From: an uncultured cyanobacterium
Lineage (GTDB): Bacteria; Cyanobacteriota; Cyanobacteriia; PCC-6307; Cyanobiaceae
Length of the DNA: 64,000 bases
Reading direction: 5' to 3'
Assembly (NCBI GenBank): GCA_963765575.1
Contig: CAVXWZ010000011.1
Coordinates: forward strand, 64,001-128,000
Shown: positions 55,500 to 64,000 of the stretch, in pieces
Layout: every line of letters starts with the position of its first letter
How positions within the stretch are numbered: the stretch's first letter is position 1
Position numbers and translations under genes: made by a program
The notes under the pieces: model-generated
Told to the model about the DNA's origin: nothing
What the model saw: the letters and a program-made list of their open reading frames with translations, nothing else
Database searches by the model: none

Positions 55500-56520
55500 G
55501 CGGGGCAGCCCCTGCCCCTGGCGGTGACTCCGATTGGGCGTCTGTGGCCGTGCCGGTACCCGAGTCCTGGCCCGCCTCGCGTTCCGCCCGCTCCCGTGCC
55601 GCCCCGGTCTGAGCGGGGTAGAGCTCCTCGAAGAATTCGCCCAGCCCCACCGACAGGCTGCGCAGTCCGTTCATGAAGCCGGGGTCGCCGGTGAGTTTCT
55701 CCACGTCCCCCCCCACCGCCTGCCACTGGGCCGTGAGCCGCTCGGCATTGGCCACCGTCTGGCGCAGATCGGCGACCATCGTGGGGTCGTCGAGGCGGGT
55801 CATCAGCTGCCGTAGCTGGACGGAGCTGGCGTTGATGTTGGCGATGGTGGGTTGCACCCCTTGCACCGAACCCTCCAGGTCGCCTAACAGCGACTGACCC
55901 CGGCGCACGAGGCCACTGCCGTCCTGCACCAGAGCGCGGCTCTCGCGCAGGAAGACATCGGCCTGCTGGGCCGTGTCCTCCACGCTGCTAGCCACTCCGG
56001 CCATCTTGCTCAGCAATTCCTCCTGATCGGCCTGGCTCAGCAACTCGTAGAGCAGGGTGGTCACGGAGGCCAGGCTGGCCCCCTCATTGCCGCTGATGCT
56101 GGCGCCGTCGCAGAGCATGCGCTCGGGCACGCAGTCGCGGGAGCGGGGGCTGGGAGCGTCAGCGGGCAAAGTTTCGCCCTCGCTTTTGAGCACCACCTGG
56201 GCCTCCCCCCCCAGCAGCGACACCTGGCCGATCTCGGCCACCGCCGGCTGGGCCAGCCGGATGGATGGATTGGTGATCTCCAGCTGGGCAATCACCGCCT
56301 CCGGTGTGATTTCCACCGAGCGCACGCTGCCCACGATCACGCCACGGAACACCACCGGCGAGCGCACGGCCAGGCCGCTGGCCTCGTTGAAGCGCGCCTC
56401 CACCGTCCAGTACTGGCGGGTGATCGACAGCCCCCGCAGCCACAGCCCCAGGCCCACGGCACTGGTGATCGCGGCCAGCAGGGAGAAGCCCACGATCGCC
56501 TCACGCACGGAGCGGCGCAT
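55486..56520 (-). CDS. MlaD/MCE family protein
   Basis: [34 protein letters not shown] domain. Confidence 0.88.
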   Translation of the reverse strand: MRRSVREAIVGFSLLAAITSAVGLGLWLRGLSITRQYWTVEARFNEASGLAVRSPVVFRGVIVGSVRSVEITPEAVIAQLEITNPSIRLAQPAVAEIGQVSLLGGEAQVVLKSEGETLPADAPSPRSRDCVPERMLCDGASISGNEGASLASVTTLLYELLSQADQEELLSKMAGVASSVEDTAQQADVFLRESRALVQDGSGLVRRGQSLLGDLEGSVQGVQPTIANINASSVQLRQLMTRLDDPTMVADLRQTVANAERLTAQWQAVGGDVEKLTGDPGFMNGLRSLSVGLGEFFEELYPAQTGAARERAEREAGQDSGTGTATDAQSESPPGAGAAPLTPR

Positions 56521-56523
56521 CGT

Positions 56524-57336
56524 TCAGGCCTCCGCCGGCTGGATGGGTCCGTGCAGACTACCGCTGCGGAACTGCACCACATAGGGATTGTCGGTGCTGC
56601 GGTAGCTCTGCAGATCCCCCTGCCAGCGAAAGCGGCCCTCGTAGAGCAGCACCACCCGCTGCGCGGTGCGCTCGATCGTGCTGTGCACGTGGCTCACGAT
56701 CACCGAGCTGGCACCGGCCAGGTCGGTGGTGCGCACGATCAGGTCTTCGATGCGCGTGCAGGCCACAGGATCGAGCCCTGCAGTGGGTTCGTCAAACAGC
56801 AGCAGCGGCATGCGATCGCTCGGCTGGCTGGGGTCCTGGATCAGGGCACGGGCGAAGCTCACCCGCTTCTGCATGCCGCCGCTGAGCTCGCCCGGCATCT
56901 GCTGCTCGATCCCCCCCAGCCCCACGGCCTCAAGGGCCTGGCGCACCCGTTCGCGGACCTCTCCCTTGCCGAGACGGCTGAAGCGGTAGAGCAGGAAACC
57001 CACGTTCTGCTCCACTGTGAGCGAGGCCAGCAGGGCGGGGTTCTGGAACACCAGCCGCACGTCCGGAGGCCGCTGCTGATCCAGGCGCAGGTAGCGCTGG
57101 GCGTCACCGTGCAGCAGCACGCTGCCCCGGCTGGGGAGCAGCAGTCCGGCCAACAGGCGCAGGATGGTGGATTTGCCCGACCCTGACGGTCCCACCACCA
57201 CGAGCTGTTCGCCCCGCTCCAGGCTGAGGTTCACCGCGTCGAGCACACGGTTTGACCCCCACTGCATGGTCACGTCTCGGAGCTCGGCCAGGGGGCTTGC
57301 CGGCTGGTTCAGGGCTGCAACCCGATGCCACCCCAT
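56524..57336 (-). CDS. ABC transporter ATP-binding protein (MlaF/Mkl type), start uncertain
   Basis: GPSGSGKST, ELSGGMQKRVSFARA, DEPTAGLDP. Confidence 0.9.
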   Translation of the reverse strand: MGWHRVAALNQPASPLAELRDVTMQWGSNRVLDAVNLSLERGEQLVVVGPSGSGKSTILRLLAGLLLPSRGSVLLHGDAQRYLRLDQQRPPDVRLVFQNPALLASLTVEQNVGFLLYRFSRLGKGEVRERVRQALEAVGLGGIEQQMPGELSGGMQKRVSFARALIQDPSQPSDRMPLLLFDEPTAGLDPVACTRIEDLIVRTTDLAGASSVIVSHVHSTIERTAQRVVLLYEGRFRWQGDLQSYRSTDNPYVVQFRSGSLHGPIQPAEA

Positions 57337-57522
57337 CCTGCCAGGACCGATGAGGGGGGTGGATGTCCTGCCTACAGTTTGGGCACGACGTTGCCAGTCC
57401 CCCCTCCCCGGTCCGGCCCACCCTTGCCTCCTTCCGCCTCGCCCCCCCCGCCGCGCCGGCTGCGACACCCGCGATCCCAGCCCGGCTGGGTGGGCAGAGG
57501 CGATCGCCGTCAGCGCGACCTG

Positions 57523-58884
57523 GTGAGCCGTTCGCGCCGGGCGGTGCGCTGGCTGCAGCCCGGTCTGGTGGTGAAGCGCTGGGTGGTCACCTCGGGCCTG
57601 GGCCTGCTGATCGCCCTGATCGGGGCCGCCGTGTGGGCCGATCTGCAGCCGATCTACTGGAGCCTGGCCGGCATCCAGTGGCTGCTGCAGAGCATCACCC
57701 GGGTGCTGCCCCGGGAGATCACCGGTCCGCTGGTGCTCGCCATTGGTGCGGCGCTGATCTGGCTGGGTCAGAGCCGCAGCTTCGGCTCGATTCAAAAGGC
57801 TCTGGCTCCCGATCGCGACACCCTGCTGGTGGATGCACTCGCCGCCCAGGGCCGGCTCAACCGTGGCCCCAACATCGTGGCCATCGGCGGTGGCACGGGC
57901 CTCTCCACCCTGCTCAGCGGCCTCAAGCGCTACAGCTCCAACATCACCGCCATCGTCACCGTGGCTGATGACGGCGGCAGCAGCGGCGTGCTGCGCCGCG
58001 AGCTGGGGGTGCAGCCCCCCGGCGACATCCGCAACTGCCTGGCGGCCCTGGCCCGGGAGGAGCCACTGCTCACCCGCCTGTTCCAATACCGCTTCCCGGC
58101 CGGCACCGGCCTGGAGGGCCACAGCTTCGGCAACCTCTTTCTCACCTCGCTCTCCGCCATCACCGGCAGCCTGGAGGCGGCGATCACCGCCTCCAGCCGG
58201 GTGCTGGCGGTGCAGGGCCAGGTGGTGCCGGCCACCACCGCCGATGTGCGCCTCTGGGCCGAGCTCGAGAACGGGGAGCGCATCGAGGGGGAATCGCGCA
58301 TCAGCCGGGCCCCCAGCCCGATCGTCCGCCTCGGCTGCCTGCCGGAGCGGCCACCGGCGTTGCCGCGGGCGATCGAGGCCATCGCCCACGCCGACCTGAT
58401 CCTGCTCGGGCCTGGCAGCCTCTACACCTCGCTGCTGCCCAACCTGCTGGTGCCCGAACTGGTGGAGGCCATCGCCCGCAGCAAGGCGCCGCGGCTGTAC
58501 GTCTGCAACCTGATGACCCAACCGGGGGAAACCGACGGCCTGGACGTCTCAGGCCACCTGCGGGCGATCGAAGCCCAGCTGGCCAGCCTGGGGGTGGAGA
58601 AGCGCCTGTTCACGGCGGTGCTGGCCCAGGAGGCCCTGCCCCACACCGAGCTCCTCGATCAGTACCGCCGCAAGGGTGCTCAGCCGGTCAGCTGCGACGC
58701 CCGCGCTCTGCGCCGCCAGGGCTATGCGGTGATGGAGGCACCCCTGAACGGGGGCCGGCCCATGACCTCCCTGCGCCACGACCCCCGCAGCCTGGCGCTG
58801 GCGGTGATGCGCTTCTACCGCAACACCCGCAACCGCCAGGCGCCCGTCTGGCCGGTGGCCGAGGCAGATCAGCACGATCCCTAG
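57523..58884 (+). CDS. YvcK/GlmR family protein
   Basis: IGGGTGLS, VADDGGSSG, PPGDIRNC, GPGSLYTS, NLMTQPGET. Confidence 0.92.
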   Translation: MSRSRRAVRWLQPGLVVKRWVVTSGLGLLIALIGAAVWADLQPIYWSLAGIQWLLQSITRVLPREITGPLVLAIGAALIWLGQSRSFGSIQKALAPDRDTLLVDALAAQGRLNRGPNIVAIGGGTGLSTLLSGLKRYSSNITAIVTVADDGGSSGVLRRELGVQPPGDIRNCLAALAREEPLLTRLFQYRFPAGTGLEGHSFGNLFLTSLSAITGSLEAAITASSRVLAVQGQVVPATTADVRLWAELENGERIEGESRISRAPSPIVRLGCLPERPPALPRAIEAIAHADLILLGPGSLYTSLLPNLLVPELVEAIARSKAPRLYVCNLMTQPGETDGLDVSGHLRAIEAQLASLGVEKRLFTAVLAQEALPHTELLDQYRRKGAQPVSCDARALRRQGYAVMEAPLNGGRPMTSLRHDPRSLALAVMRFYRNTRNRQAPVWPVAEADQHDP

Positions 58885-58897
58885 GCCCAAGCGCCGA

Positions 58898-59485
58898 TCA
58901 GTAGGCGTCCTGCATCTCGTAGAAGTCGGGCTGGACGTAGTCCTTGCGCAGCGGCCAACCTTTCCAGTCCTCGGGCATCAGCAGGCGCTTGGGATGGGGA
59001 TGGCCCTCAAAGTGAATGCCGAACATGTCGAAGGTTTCGCGCTCCTGCCAGTCGGCGCCTCGGAACAGGCCGTAGAGGGTGGGGATGGTGAGGTCGCCGT
59101 CGCGCTCCAGGAACACCTTCAGGCGCACCTCCTGCGGTTTGACCTCGGCCCCGAGATGGGGCACGCCGGCACTCAGATCGGCCAGAACCCCGAGTTTGAC
59201 GAGGTGATAGAAGCTCACCAGCCGTCCCCCGGGGCCCTCGTCATAGCCGCCCTGGCATTGCAGGTAGTCGAAACCGTCGGCCTTGAGGGCTGTGGCCAGC
59301 AGGGGCAGGAACGCCGGCTCGACGCCGATCACTTCCACCCCCAGGTGGTCGCTCGGCAGCACCTGGTGCTCGAAGCCCTGGCCGCTCAGCCACTGGCTCA
59401 CCGCACCGGCAACGGTGGTGGGCGTGGCTTCGGCAGCGGCGGCGGGGGTGGCTGCGGCAGCCGGGGTGGGGGTGTCCTCAGGCAT
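58898..59485 (-). CDS. ndhJ: NDH-1 subunit J
   Basis: [31 protein letters not shown]. Confidence 0.96.
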   Translation of the reverse strand: MPEDTPTPAAAATPAAAAEATPTTVAGAVSQWLSGQGFEHQVLPSDHLGVEVIGVEPAFLPLLATALKADGFDYLQCQGGYDEGPGGRLVSFYHLVKLGVLADLSAGVPHLGAEVKPQEVRLKVFLERDGDLTIPTLYGLFRGADWQERETFDMFGIHFEGHPHPKRLLMPEDWKGWPLRKDYVQPDFYEMQDAY

Positions 59486-59489
59486 CGAT

Positions 59490-60314
59490 TCAGGTGCGGG
59501 GGGTGGCTGCGGACGAAGTGCCAGCGGGGTCGGGTGCCACCGCCATCTCGGCCTGGGTGATCTCCCCCTCGGCCGCCAGGGCGCCAAGGGGGAGGCCGGC
59601 GGCGGCGGCCAGGGCGGCCTGCTGGGTTTCAGCGCGCAGATAGCGGCCGTTGACGAGCGGTTCGACGGGCACCAACCGGTGCGGCACGGTGCAATAACGG
59701 TGGGTGGGCAGCAGGTTGCCGCGTTCGGCCAGGGCCTCGTTGCCCACCTTCTTGCGCAGCTTGATCACCGCGTCGAAGATCGCCTCCGGCCGCGGCGGGC
59801 AGCCGGGCAGGTAGAGATCCACCGGAATCAGCTTGTCCACGCCGCGCACGGCGGTGGTGGAGTCGGCACTGAACATGCCGCCGGTGATCGTGCAGGCGCC
59901 CATGGCGATCACGTACTTCGGCTCGGGCATCTGCTCGTAGAGGCGCACCAGGGCCGGGGCCATCTTCATCGTGACGGTGCCGGCGATGATCAGCAGATCC
60001 GCCTGGCGAGGGCTGGAGCGGGGCACCAGGCCGAAACGGTCGAAGTCGAACCGGGAGCCGAGCAGGGCGGCGAATTCGATGAAGCAGCAGGCCGTGCCGT
60101 AGAGCAAGGGCCAGAGGCTGCTCAGCCGCGCCCAGTTGTGGATGTCATCGAGGGTCGTGAGGATCACGTTCTCGGAGAGATCCGAGGTCACGGTGGGGGA
60201 ACCCACCGGTCCGCAGCTGGCGGCCCGCAGGTCTTTGAGCGCCTGGATCGAGGGCGCCTCCCCCAGGCCGGGGCTGCCCAGGGTGGCGTTGGCAGGTGGG
60301 GTGGGGGGGGTCAT
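59490..60314 (-). CDS. ndhK: NDH-1 subunit K
   Basis: [27 protein letters not shown]. Confidence 0.97.
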   Translation of the reverse strand: MTPPTPPANATLGSPGLGEAPSIQALKDLRAASCGPVGSPTVTSDLSENVILTTLDDIHNWARLSSLWPLLYGTACCFIEFAALLGSRFDFDRFGLVPRSSPRQADLLIIAGTVTMKMAPALVRLYEQMPEPKYVIAMGACTITGGMFSADSTTAVRGVDKLIPVDLYLPGCPPRPEAIFDAVIKLRKKVGNEALAERGNLLPTHRYCTVPHRLVPVEPLVNGRYLRAETQQAALAAAAGLPLGALAAEGEITQAEMAVAPDPAGTSSAATPRT

Positions 60315-60386
60315 GGATTCGACGGGGCGAGGTGCTCGGCGGATCTGAGAGGACGCCGGATCGGGGGGGATCGGCTCAGGCCGGTA

Positions 60387-60749
60387 TCAGCTCCATTCCA
60401 GCGCGCCTTTGCGCCAGGCGTAGGCCAGGGCCACCACCAGGATGGCAATGAACACCAGGGCCTCGATGAAGGCCAGCAGCCCGAGCCGGTGAAAGGCCAC
60501 TGCCCAGGGGTAGAGGAACACCGTTTCCACGTCGAAGATCACGAAGACCAGGGCGAACATGTAATAACGAATGTTGAACTGAATCCAGGCACCGCCAATG
60601 GGCTCCATGCCGGATTCATAGGTGAGCTGCCGCTCACCGGCCCGGCTTTTCGGCGCCAGCAGCTTGTTGGCCACGATTGCCAGCACGGGCACGGCCGCCG
60701 AGATCAGCAGAAAGCCGAGGAAGGCGTCGTAGCCGGAGAGCACGAACAT
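60387..60749 (-). CDS. ndhC: NDH-1 subunit 3
   Basis: [33 protein letters not shown]. Confidence 0.97.
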   Translation of the reverse strand: MFVLSGYDAFLGFLLISAAVPVLAIVANKLLAPKSRAGERQLTYESGMEPIGGAWIQFNIRYYMFALVFVIFDVETVFLYPWAVAFHRLGLLAFIEALVFIAILVVALAYAWRKGALEWS

Positions 60750-60822
60750 CGGGCGGCCCAAGTTGGGCGGCAGTCTGGCACCTGCGGCGATCACTAGAGT
60801 CGTTGGGCCTGGCCTGATCCCG

Positions 60823-61293
60823 GTGACCGACGAGACGACCGCCGACAGCTCCCGCCCCGGGACGAGCCCACCGCTCGACCAGCAGCTCGATCCGGCGCCT
60901 GACCCGTCGCCCGGCCAGGCGCCCGACCCGTTGGCCGCCCAGCCTGGCGATGCCGCGGGTGCCGCCGAAGCCGACGATCCCGCCAGCCACCGCTTCGAGT
61001 GCCGCAGCTGCGGCTACGTCTACGACCCTGCCGAGGGCGTCAAAAAGGTGGGGATCAAGCCGGGGACTCCGTTCCTGGAGCTCGATCCAGCCGGCTTCCG
61101 CTGCCCGGTGTGCCGCAGCCGCATCGCCGCCTTCAACGACATCGGTCCCCGCAGCAAGCCCAGTGGCTTCGAGGAGAACCTCAACTTCGGTCTGGGGGTG
61201 AACCGGCTCACCCCGGGCCAGAAGAATGTGCTGATCTTCGGCGCCTTCGCCCTGGCGGTCGCCTTCTTCCTGTCCCTCTACTCCCTGCGTTGA
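60823..61293 (+). CDS. rubA: Membrane-anchored rubredoxin
   Basis: [10 protein letters not shown] and CPVC; C-terminal TM; upstream of ycf48. Confidence 0.93.
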   Translation: MTDETTADSSRPGTSPPLDQQLDPAPDPSPGQAPDPLAAQPGDAAGAAEADDPASHRFECRSCGYVYDPAEGVKKVGIKPGTPFLELDPAGFRCPVCRSRIAAFNDIGPRSKPSGFEENLNFGLGVNRLTPGQKNVLIFGAFALAVAFFLSLYSLR

Positions 61294-62312
61294 TGAAGCC
61301 TGCCCTCCTCGCGTCCCTGCGGCGGCGGCTCTCGCCCCTGTTCAGCCTGGTGTTGGTGATCGGCCTGGGCTTCGCCCTCGGCGGTTGCGTCACCACCGGC
61401 CTGCCGGTGGCCGACACCAGCCCCTGGCAGCCGGTGCCCCTGGACACCCGCTCCAATCCCCTGGCCGTGGCTTTCTCCGATGACAGCCACGGCTTCCTCG
61501 TGGGCAGCAATCGGTTGATCCTGGAGACCAACGACGGCGGTGCCCACTGGGAGGAGCGCGCCCTCGACTTGCCCGAGGAGGAGAACTTCCGGCTGATCAG
61601 CATCGACTTCGATGGCCAGGAGGGCTGGATCGCCGGCCAACCAGGACTGCTTCTGCACAGCACCGATGCCGGCAGCAACTGGAGCCGGCTGTTCCTGGAC
61701 ACCAAACTGCCTGGCGAGCCTTACCTGATTACGGCCCTGGGCCGCAGCAGGGCGGAACTGGCCACCACTGTCGGCGCCGTCTACGAGACCGCCGACGGGG
61801 GCAACAGCTGGCAGGCGCGGGTGGAGGACGCCGCCGGTTCCGTGCGCGAGCTGCGCCGCAACCCCGAGGGCCGCTACGTGAGCGTGAGCAGCCTGGGCAA
61901 CTTCTTCTCCACCTGGGACCCGGGTCAGCCCACCTGGCAGGTGCACCAGCGCGTCAGCAGCCAGCGGCTGCAGTCGATGGGCTTCCAGCCCGACGGGGCG
62001 CTGTGGATGCTGGCCCGCGGCGCCCAGTTGCGCTTCGGCCCTGAGGTGGGTGAACCCGAAACCTGGGGCAAGGCGATCATCCCGATCACCAACGGCTACG
62101 GCTACCTCGATCTGGCCTGGGATCCCAAGGGCACCATCTGGACCGGGGGCGGCAGCGGCACCCTGCTGGCCAGCGACGACGGCGGCAGCAGCTGGCGCCG
62201 GGATCCGGTGGGGGAGCAGGAGCCCTCCAACTTCACCCGCCTGGTGTTCACCCGCGACGGCAAGGGCTTTGTGCTCGGTGAGCGCGGTTCGCTGCTGCGC
62301 TGGGTGGGCTGA
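61293..62312 (+). CDS. ycf48: Photosystem II assembly factor Ycf48/HCF136
   Basis: Lipoprotein signal, BNR repeats (TNDGG, TDAG, TADGG), VSSLGNFF. Confidence 0.95.
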   Translation: MKPALLASLRRRLSPLFSLVLVIGLGFALGGCVTTGLPVADTSPWQPVPLDTRSNPLAVAFSDDSHGFLVGSNRLILETNDGGAHWEERALDLPEEENFRLISIDFDGQEGWIAGQPGLLLHSTDAGSNWSRLFLDTKLPGEPYLITALGRSRAELATTVGAVYETADGGNSWQARVEDAAGSVRELRRNPEGRYVSVSSLGNFFSTWDPGQPTWQVHQRVSSQRLQSMGFQPDGALWMLARGAQLRFGPEVGEPETWGKAIIPITNGYGYLDLAWDPKGTIWTGGGSGTLLASDDGGSSWRRDPVGEQEPSNFTRLVFTRDGKGFVLGERGSLLRWVG

Positions 62313-62410
62313 GCCGGGGCGCTCCCGCCAACTTCTGTAACCATGGCCCGTCCCTGCTCCCGAGCCCTCAGGGCCTGCCCCTAGGATTCGACAGCTGAAC
62401 GCTTGTTGCC

Positions 62411-62659
62411 ATGGCTGCCGGCTCCACAGGAGAACGCCCGTTCTTCGAAATCATCACCAGCATTCGTTACTGGGTGATCCACGCGGTCACACTGCCCGCG
62501 ATCTTCCTCGCTGGATTCCTGTTCGTCTCCACCGGTCTGGCCTACGACGCCTTCGGTACCCCCCGTCCTGACGCCTATTTCCAGGCCCAGGAAAGCAAGG
62601 CCCCCGTGGTCAGTGAGCGCTACGAGGGCAGGAGTCAGCTTGACCTGCGCCTGCAATAA
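62411..62659 (+). CDS. psbE: Cytochrome b559 alpha subunit
   Basis: [21 protein letters not shown]. Confidence 0.98.
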   Translation: MAAGSTGERPFFEIITSIRYWVIHAVTLPAIFLAGFLFVSTGLAYDAFGTPRPDAYFQAQESKAPVVSERYEGRSQLDLRLQ

Positions 62660-62662
62660 CCC

Positions 62663-62800
62663 ATGACCCAGTCCCCCGTCTCCACCACTCCGCGCAACTA
62701 CCCGATTTTCACGGTGCGCTGGCTCTCGGTTCACGCCCTCGGCATCCCCACGGTGTTCTTCCTGGGGGCCCTGGCGGCGATGCAATTCGTCCGCCGCTAA
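62663..62800 (+). CDS. psbF: Cytochrome b559 beta subunit
   Basis: Manual translation [45 protein letters not shown]. Confidence 0.97.
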   Translation: MTQSPVSTTPRNYPIFTVRWLSVHALGIPTVFFLGALAAMQFVRR

Positions 62801-62830
62801 ACATCCACCGCTGAACGCCACCCCAACGTC

Positions 62831-62956
62831 ATGGGTCTGCAACGCAACACCAACCCCAACAACCTGCCGGTTGAGCTGAACCGCACGAGCCTTTACCTGG
62901 GCCTGCTGCTGGTGTTCGTCACCGGCGTGCTCTTCACCAGCTACTTCTTCAACTGA
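62831..62956 (+). CDS. psbL: Photosystem II protein L
   Basis: Manual translation [41 protein letters not shown]. Confidence 0.97.
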   Translation: MGLQRNTNPNNLPVELNRTSLYLGLLLVFVTGVLFTSYFFN

Positions 62957-62972
62957 CTCAGGAGCCCATCCG

Positions 62973-63173
62973 ATGAGCGGCAAGAAATCCACCCTGCCTG
63001 ACGGCCGCATCCCTGATCGGCTGCCCGATGGTCGTCCGGCCGTGGCCTGGCGCTCCCGCTGGACCGAGGGCGTTCTGCCCCTCTGGCTGGTCGCGACCGC
63101 CGGCGGCATGGCCGTGATCTTCGTGGTCGGCCTGTTCTTCTATGGCTCCTATGCCGGCGTGGGTTCCGCCTGA
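62973..63173 (+). CDS. psbJ: Photosystem II protein J
   Basis: [11 protein letters not shown]...[11 protein letters not shown]. Confidence 0.96.
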   Translation: MSGKKSTLPDGRIPDRLPDGRPAVAWRSRWTEGVLPLWLVATAGGMAVIFVVGLFFYGSYAGVGSA

Positions 63174-63248
63174 GTCCGGCGCCAGTGCTGAAGCCTGGAC
63201 ACGCCTGAATCCAAGCTGCTGCCCGCGGCGGTTTCAGGCCATCAGCCT

Positions 63249-63956
63249 GTGAAGAAGCGCAACCTGCTGCAAAACCCTGTCCTCTCCTGGCTGGCGGGCG
63301 CTCTCCTCTATGCCTACGGGCAGCTGGTGATGGGCACCTCCGCCATCCGGGTGTGGGCGAATCCAGAGACCGAAGCCCTGGTGCTGCAGCGGCAGGTGCC
63401 GGTGATCTACGTCCTCTGGCACTGCCACGTTTTTTTTCTGCCGTTGTTGGGCAGCCATGCCCGCCGGCGGCTGGCGGTGCTGCTCAGCAGCCATCGCGAT
63501 GCGCGCATCGTGGGGGTTGCGGCTCGGCTGCGCGGGGTGGAGCTGGTGGAGGGTTCCTCCACCCGCGGCGGCCTGACGGCCTACCGCAACCTGTTGCAGC
63601 GCCTGCGCCGGGGGCAGTCGGTGTGCATCACCCCTGACGGCCCCCGGGGGCCGGCGAAGGAGGTGAAGGCGGGGGTGCTGCACCTGGCCTGGCTCTCTGG
63701 CTGCGCCGTGGTGCCGGTGGGTCTGGCGCTCAGCCGCCGGCGGCGCCTGGGCTCCTGGGACCGCTCCGTGCTGCCCCTGCCCTTCGGCCGGGTCGTGCTG
63801 GCCCTGGGCGCCCCTGTCTACGTGGCCGCGGCTGGCGCTGGCGAACCGCGGCGCCGGGGTGACAGCCGTTTCCCCCACCAGGCCGACACCCTGGCGGCGG
63901 CCCTGGATGCCACCAGTGGCGAGGCGGCCCTGCGGCTGCACCGGGGCCGCCCCTGA
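63249..63956 (+). CDS. DUF374/lysophospholipid acyltransferase family protein
   Basis: LWH, LLSSHRDA, GSSTRGG, ITPDGPRGP, SWDRSVLPLPFG. Confidence 0.88.
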   Translation: MKKRNLLQNPVLSWLAGALLYAYGQLVMGTSAIRVWANPETEALVLQRQVPVIYVLWHCHVFFLPLLGSHARRRLAVLLSSHRDARIVGVAARLRGVELVEGSSTRGGLTAYRNLLQRLRRGQSVCITPDGPRGPAKEVKAGVLHLAWLSGCAVVPVGLALSRRRRLGSWDRSVLPLPFGRVVLALGAPVYVAAAGAGEPRRRGDSRFPHQADTLAAALDATSGEAALRLHRGRP

Positions 63957-64000
63957 TGGCTTTGCGGGGCCAGGCACTGCTGCTCAGCTACCGCCTGCTG

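Overview
GC-rich picocyanobacterial chromosome segment; the Cyanobium/Synechococcus-like assignment is inferred from gene content and order. Most of it is conserved housekeeping: argJ, ABC1 kinase, eno, gloA, clpB, secE-nusG-rplK-rplA, rplJ-rplL, rnhA, pyrD, pilMNOQ-like, UDP-sugar genes, hisS, hisB, fabI, photolyases, folK, chlD, mlaDF, ndhCKJ, rubA-ycf48-psbEFLJ. The standout is a ~12.6 kb island between rplA and the rplJ leader. It encodes two HExxH (aKG-HExxH-type peptide-modifying) proteins, three adenylate-forming enzymes (one apparently fused to a HExxH domain), an acyl carrier protein, a GNAT and a GxSxG hydrolase-like protein. It also holds eight small minus-strand ORFs that the ORF track does not resolve as such. 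These share an LFGF...(P/A)K(I/V/M)G motif followed by variable C-termini; seven sit in a tandem array. This looks like a candidate RiPP/acyl hybrid biosynthetic system with a precursor library. No radical SAM, dedicated peptidase or exporter gene is recognisable in the island. Many genes, including essential ones, carry single-base frameshifts, which points to assembly indel errors, so split or fused ORFs need care.
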